From the NCBI RefSeq assembly GCF_030144855.1, contig NC_082712.1, forward strand, positions 96,286,001 through 96,350,000: DNA of 64,000 bases, read 5' to 3'. Within the stretch, counting starts at the first letter, position 1; every line of letters begins with the position of its first letter. Of this stretch, positions 61,244 to 64,000 are shown in pieces. Position numbers and translations under genes: made by a program. The stretch is from Hypanus sabinus (lineage: Eukaryota). Under the pieces are notes generated by a model, which saw only the letters and a list, made by a program, of their open reading frames with translations, ran no database searches and was not told the origin of the DNA.

Positions 61244-61310
61244 CTAAGATTGTAGAAAAATAGAGACAGCAGTAATATATAGTGTTTATCCTGCATATTC
61301 CTCTTTTCAT
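61244..61310 (-). CDS. Mucin gene, first coding exon (signal peptide MKRGICRINTIYYCCLYFSTIL)
   Basis: ATG at 61310 in an AAA-ATG context. The exon has a ttccttcag acceptor at 61336-61338 and a G|gtaagt donor at 61243. 67 nt gives phase 1. Basic N-terminus plus hydrophobic core, continuing in frame as VLGG-FSDSQ in the next exon. Confidence 0.8.
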
Positions 61311-62056
61311 TTTAAATTCCGAAGCAAACCCAAACCTGAAGGAAACAAAAATGACTAAAATTGGAGCTCGAGCTTTTCTCTTTCATAGGTGTCTTCAACA
61401 AGATGAGACACAGTTCAAAACGCAGGTTATTAATTGTCTGCTGCAGTGATAATTGTGAAAGAGGAACTAAATTGTGCCAAAGTCTATAGTCTATAATTGC
61501 TCACAACCGTCTCCTCTTTATCTCTGAAATATGTAATTCCTACCCCAAGCTCCATAATTCAATGAGGAGGTTATTGCCCCTTAAAATAATGCAGAAAAGA
61601 AATAGAACTAACTTCAAAAACAAGGGAATTTTTCAGATCCTTCGCTGCTGCTTCCTGCGTCCAGTGGGAAGGCTGCACAATAAGAATACCTTTCACTGGA
61701 CATTTTTTTTTTCTTTTCAAAGAGCACCATTCAGAGTTTCAGAGTTATTTTATAATTGAGTGCAACTCTTCCCATCCTTTAACACATGACAGTTGTCAAA
61801 GCATCTTGTAGTCTTGAAATACCAGGTCATGTCAGAAAATGAAATGGGTTTGTAATTTTCATAACTGCTGTTGACTGAGAATTTTATCCCTTCCCAGCTG
61901 TGTTTTCCCATGATCACTCCCTCATCTGATTTCACTTATCAAAGTTCAAAGTAAATTAATTATCAGATTGTACATCATACATGTTACCTTGATATTGATT
62001 TTATTGTATGTATTTACAAGGAAAATAAAATACAATAAACTTTTATGAAAAATAGT

Positions 62057-62760
62057 ACACAGTGGACTCTGGACAATTGGGACAAATCATGACCAACAAA
62101 GTTTGTACCAATTAAACGGATTTCATAGTTTCATGGAAATAGCTAAAAATGTTTAAAAAAGACAATCTACCATTTCACTGAGTAACAAATTATGTATTTA
62201 AATGAAATACAGAACAAATGAGAACTCTACCAATACTACTAAAGTACTATAAAACTGTGTATTAGTTTCTAATTGCTATCAACAGAGGAATTCATCTAGT
62301 GTACACTGCCGTGTTCTGTTGATTGTCTACAAATGAACAAAATCAGTGCAGATAATGAACAGCCTTCTAACAGTTCCTTTAGATGATTGCATCCTCAATA
62401 TCTTTAAAATGTTTTTCAATATCATCAAATTCTTCATGCTTCCTGTCTTTTGAAGAAGTGGTTTCATTTTAACTCATGGCCGTATCTGGCATCTCCAAGC
62501 CTGAATGCTTGAAACCCATGAGCAAAACAGTTCTGAATTGTCTTACTGCTTATTCCTCACCAACTATCAGTGATAAACATCACTGCTTTTTGAACACAAA
62601 CACACACAACTGACACTATTTAGAAACTGTAAACATAGTATAATCTGTAACAGCCACACAAATTTATTTGTTAGAGTTGTGTGGCATAGTGTCCTAAATA
62701 AACAAAGGGAATCCTGGCTCATTTCTGAATTTGTTTCTGGAGTTTTCTTTGGGACAGCAG
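62057..62760. mobile_element. Possible Tigger/pogo-type DNA transposon remnant
   Basis: Starts cagtggactc..aattgggaca and is AT-rich internally. Recognised from family resemblance only. Confidence 0.35.
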
Positions 62761-62929
62761 AACATTAGCTCACTCGATCAGACTACAGACTACAAGTCCC
62801 AGACTCCAACAGTTTCCAAAAAGTTAAGATAAAAAGAATATGCAGAAGATGTAGAAAAGCTGAAAGGATCAACTATCTGGAATATGTTGCCTGAGGAATT
62901 GTTGTTCACTGGCATCATCTTGACCAGAA

Positions 62930-63530
62930 TATTGATAACAAAGGATAATAGTTTCAGTACTGATCCCGGTGGCATAGCAGTAGCCGCAGGCTCCAGTCTG
63001 AGAAACAACCTTCCACCATCATGCTCTGCTTCCTACCATCAAGCCAGCTGTGTATCATTTTAGCCAACTCCCCCTTGCAATATAACCTTCTAGAGCAGCC
63101 TACCATATAGAACCTCACTAAAAGCCTCACTGATGTCCATATAGACCACATCTACTACCCTACAATGATCAACCTTCATCATCATTTCCCATAAAACTAA
63201 AATCAAGTCAATAAGACATGGTCTCACACACACAAAGCCTTTCTGACTGTCCATAATCAACGTATGCCTTTCCACAATGATGTATATCTTGTCCCCCAGA
63301 ATCTTCTACAGTAGCCTACCCACCACAGATGTTAAACTTGCTGGACCCTAGCTTCTCAGTTTTCTATTGTAGCCCTTTTTAAAATAAAAGCACAACATTC
63401 TCATTCCTCCTATCATCAAGCACTTCACTTGTGGACAATGATGAAATAAATATCTCTGCCAATGCTCCAAAAATTTGTTGCGTAGTCTCTCAGAATGTTC
63501 TTGTATAAATGTGATCAGGACCTGCTCTGA
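62930..63530 (-). mobile_element. Degenerate CR1 RT fragment
   Basis: SQKGFV..RPCLIDLI...VDVVYMDISEAF, WLDGRKQ. Confidence 0.8.
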
Positions 63531-63689
63531 ATTGGTGAACTGGACTAAATTCAGGAATTCGTCTGAATGAAGTTGCCATAGTCATCATCAAATCCATTAA
63601 GATCTGCATAGATGAGTGGTGTGTTTTTGAGAATGTGCAGATACTGGAAGCCAGGGATGAATCAGGAGATGTTCAGTGAGGACTAGGTC

Positions 63690-64000
63690 TGTGGCATTCA
63701 ACACTGACAATTCAGAACTGCACAATAAGTTCAGGTATGACCTACAGAAGCCATCATGAGAGTGAAATGGAAATTCCACGTGCAGTTAGAGACATAAACG
63801 GTTTCATAACAACTGTGGCATGGTTTGGATGCCATGACTTCCAATAAGGTGAAACCTGACAGCATAACTGCCAGTGACCCTTCACTCCATGATGACTCTG
63901 TGCTGATAGTAAAGACCTTTCTTGATCAACTGGCTGGAGTGTTCACTGATGTCTTTAGCCTCTCCTCCCATCACTGAACTGTTCCTGCAACCTATGGACC
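63690..64000 (+). mobile_element. Rex1/Babar RT fragment
   Basis: DQLAGVFTDVFSLS at ~63925-63965. Confidence 0.55.

Overview
Vertebrate genomic DNA. The repeat families (CR1, Rex1/Babar, Penelope, Nimb, tRNA-SINE) suggest a cartilaginous fish such as a ray, but that is an inference. The window is dominated by the 5' part of one giant minus-strand mucin gene of MUC3/MUC12/MUC17 type, which I reconstructed by hand from GT-AG sites with all junctions in phase 1. Its exons are a signal-peptide exon (61244-61310), three Pro/Thr/Ser exons (58211-59071, 42101-52525, 21320-36550) and an EGF-like exon (10807-10920). Together they give about 8,900 codons; the expected SEA and transmembrane exons were not found and probably lie left of the window. 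The gene's history is readable in the sequence. A CR1 3' fragment inserted into an ancestral giant PTS exon, and its (TTCTATG)n tail appears to supply the pyrimidine tract of a new in-frame acceptor. The cut-off 5' part of the exon then decayed into intron. Later a tandem duplication with a 12-bp in-frame microhomology junction created a chimeric extra exon whose repeat array is now about 9 kb, versus about 0.2 kb in its sister copy. The introns hold many transposon remnants, including an integrase-deleted chromoviral Ty3/Gypsy element, a full-length RNase H-bearing Nimb/I-group LINE with a 9-bp TSD, and a templated direct-plus-inverted micro-rearrangement. The very long plus-strand Val/Leu/Asp ORFs are antisense shadows, not genes.
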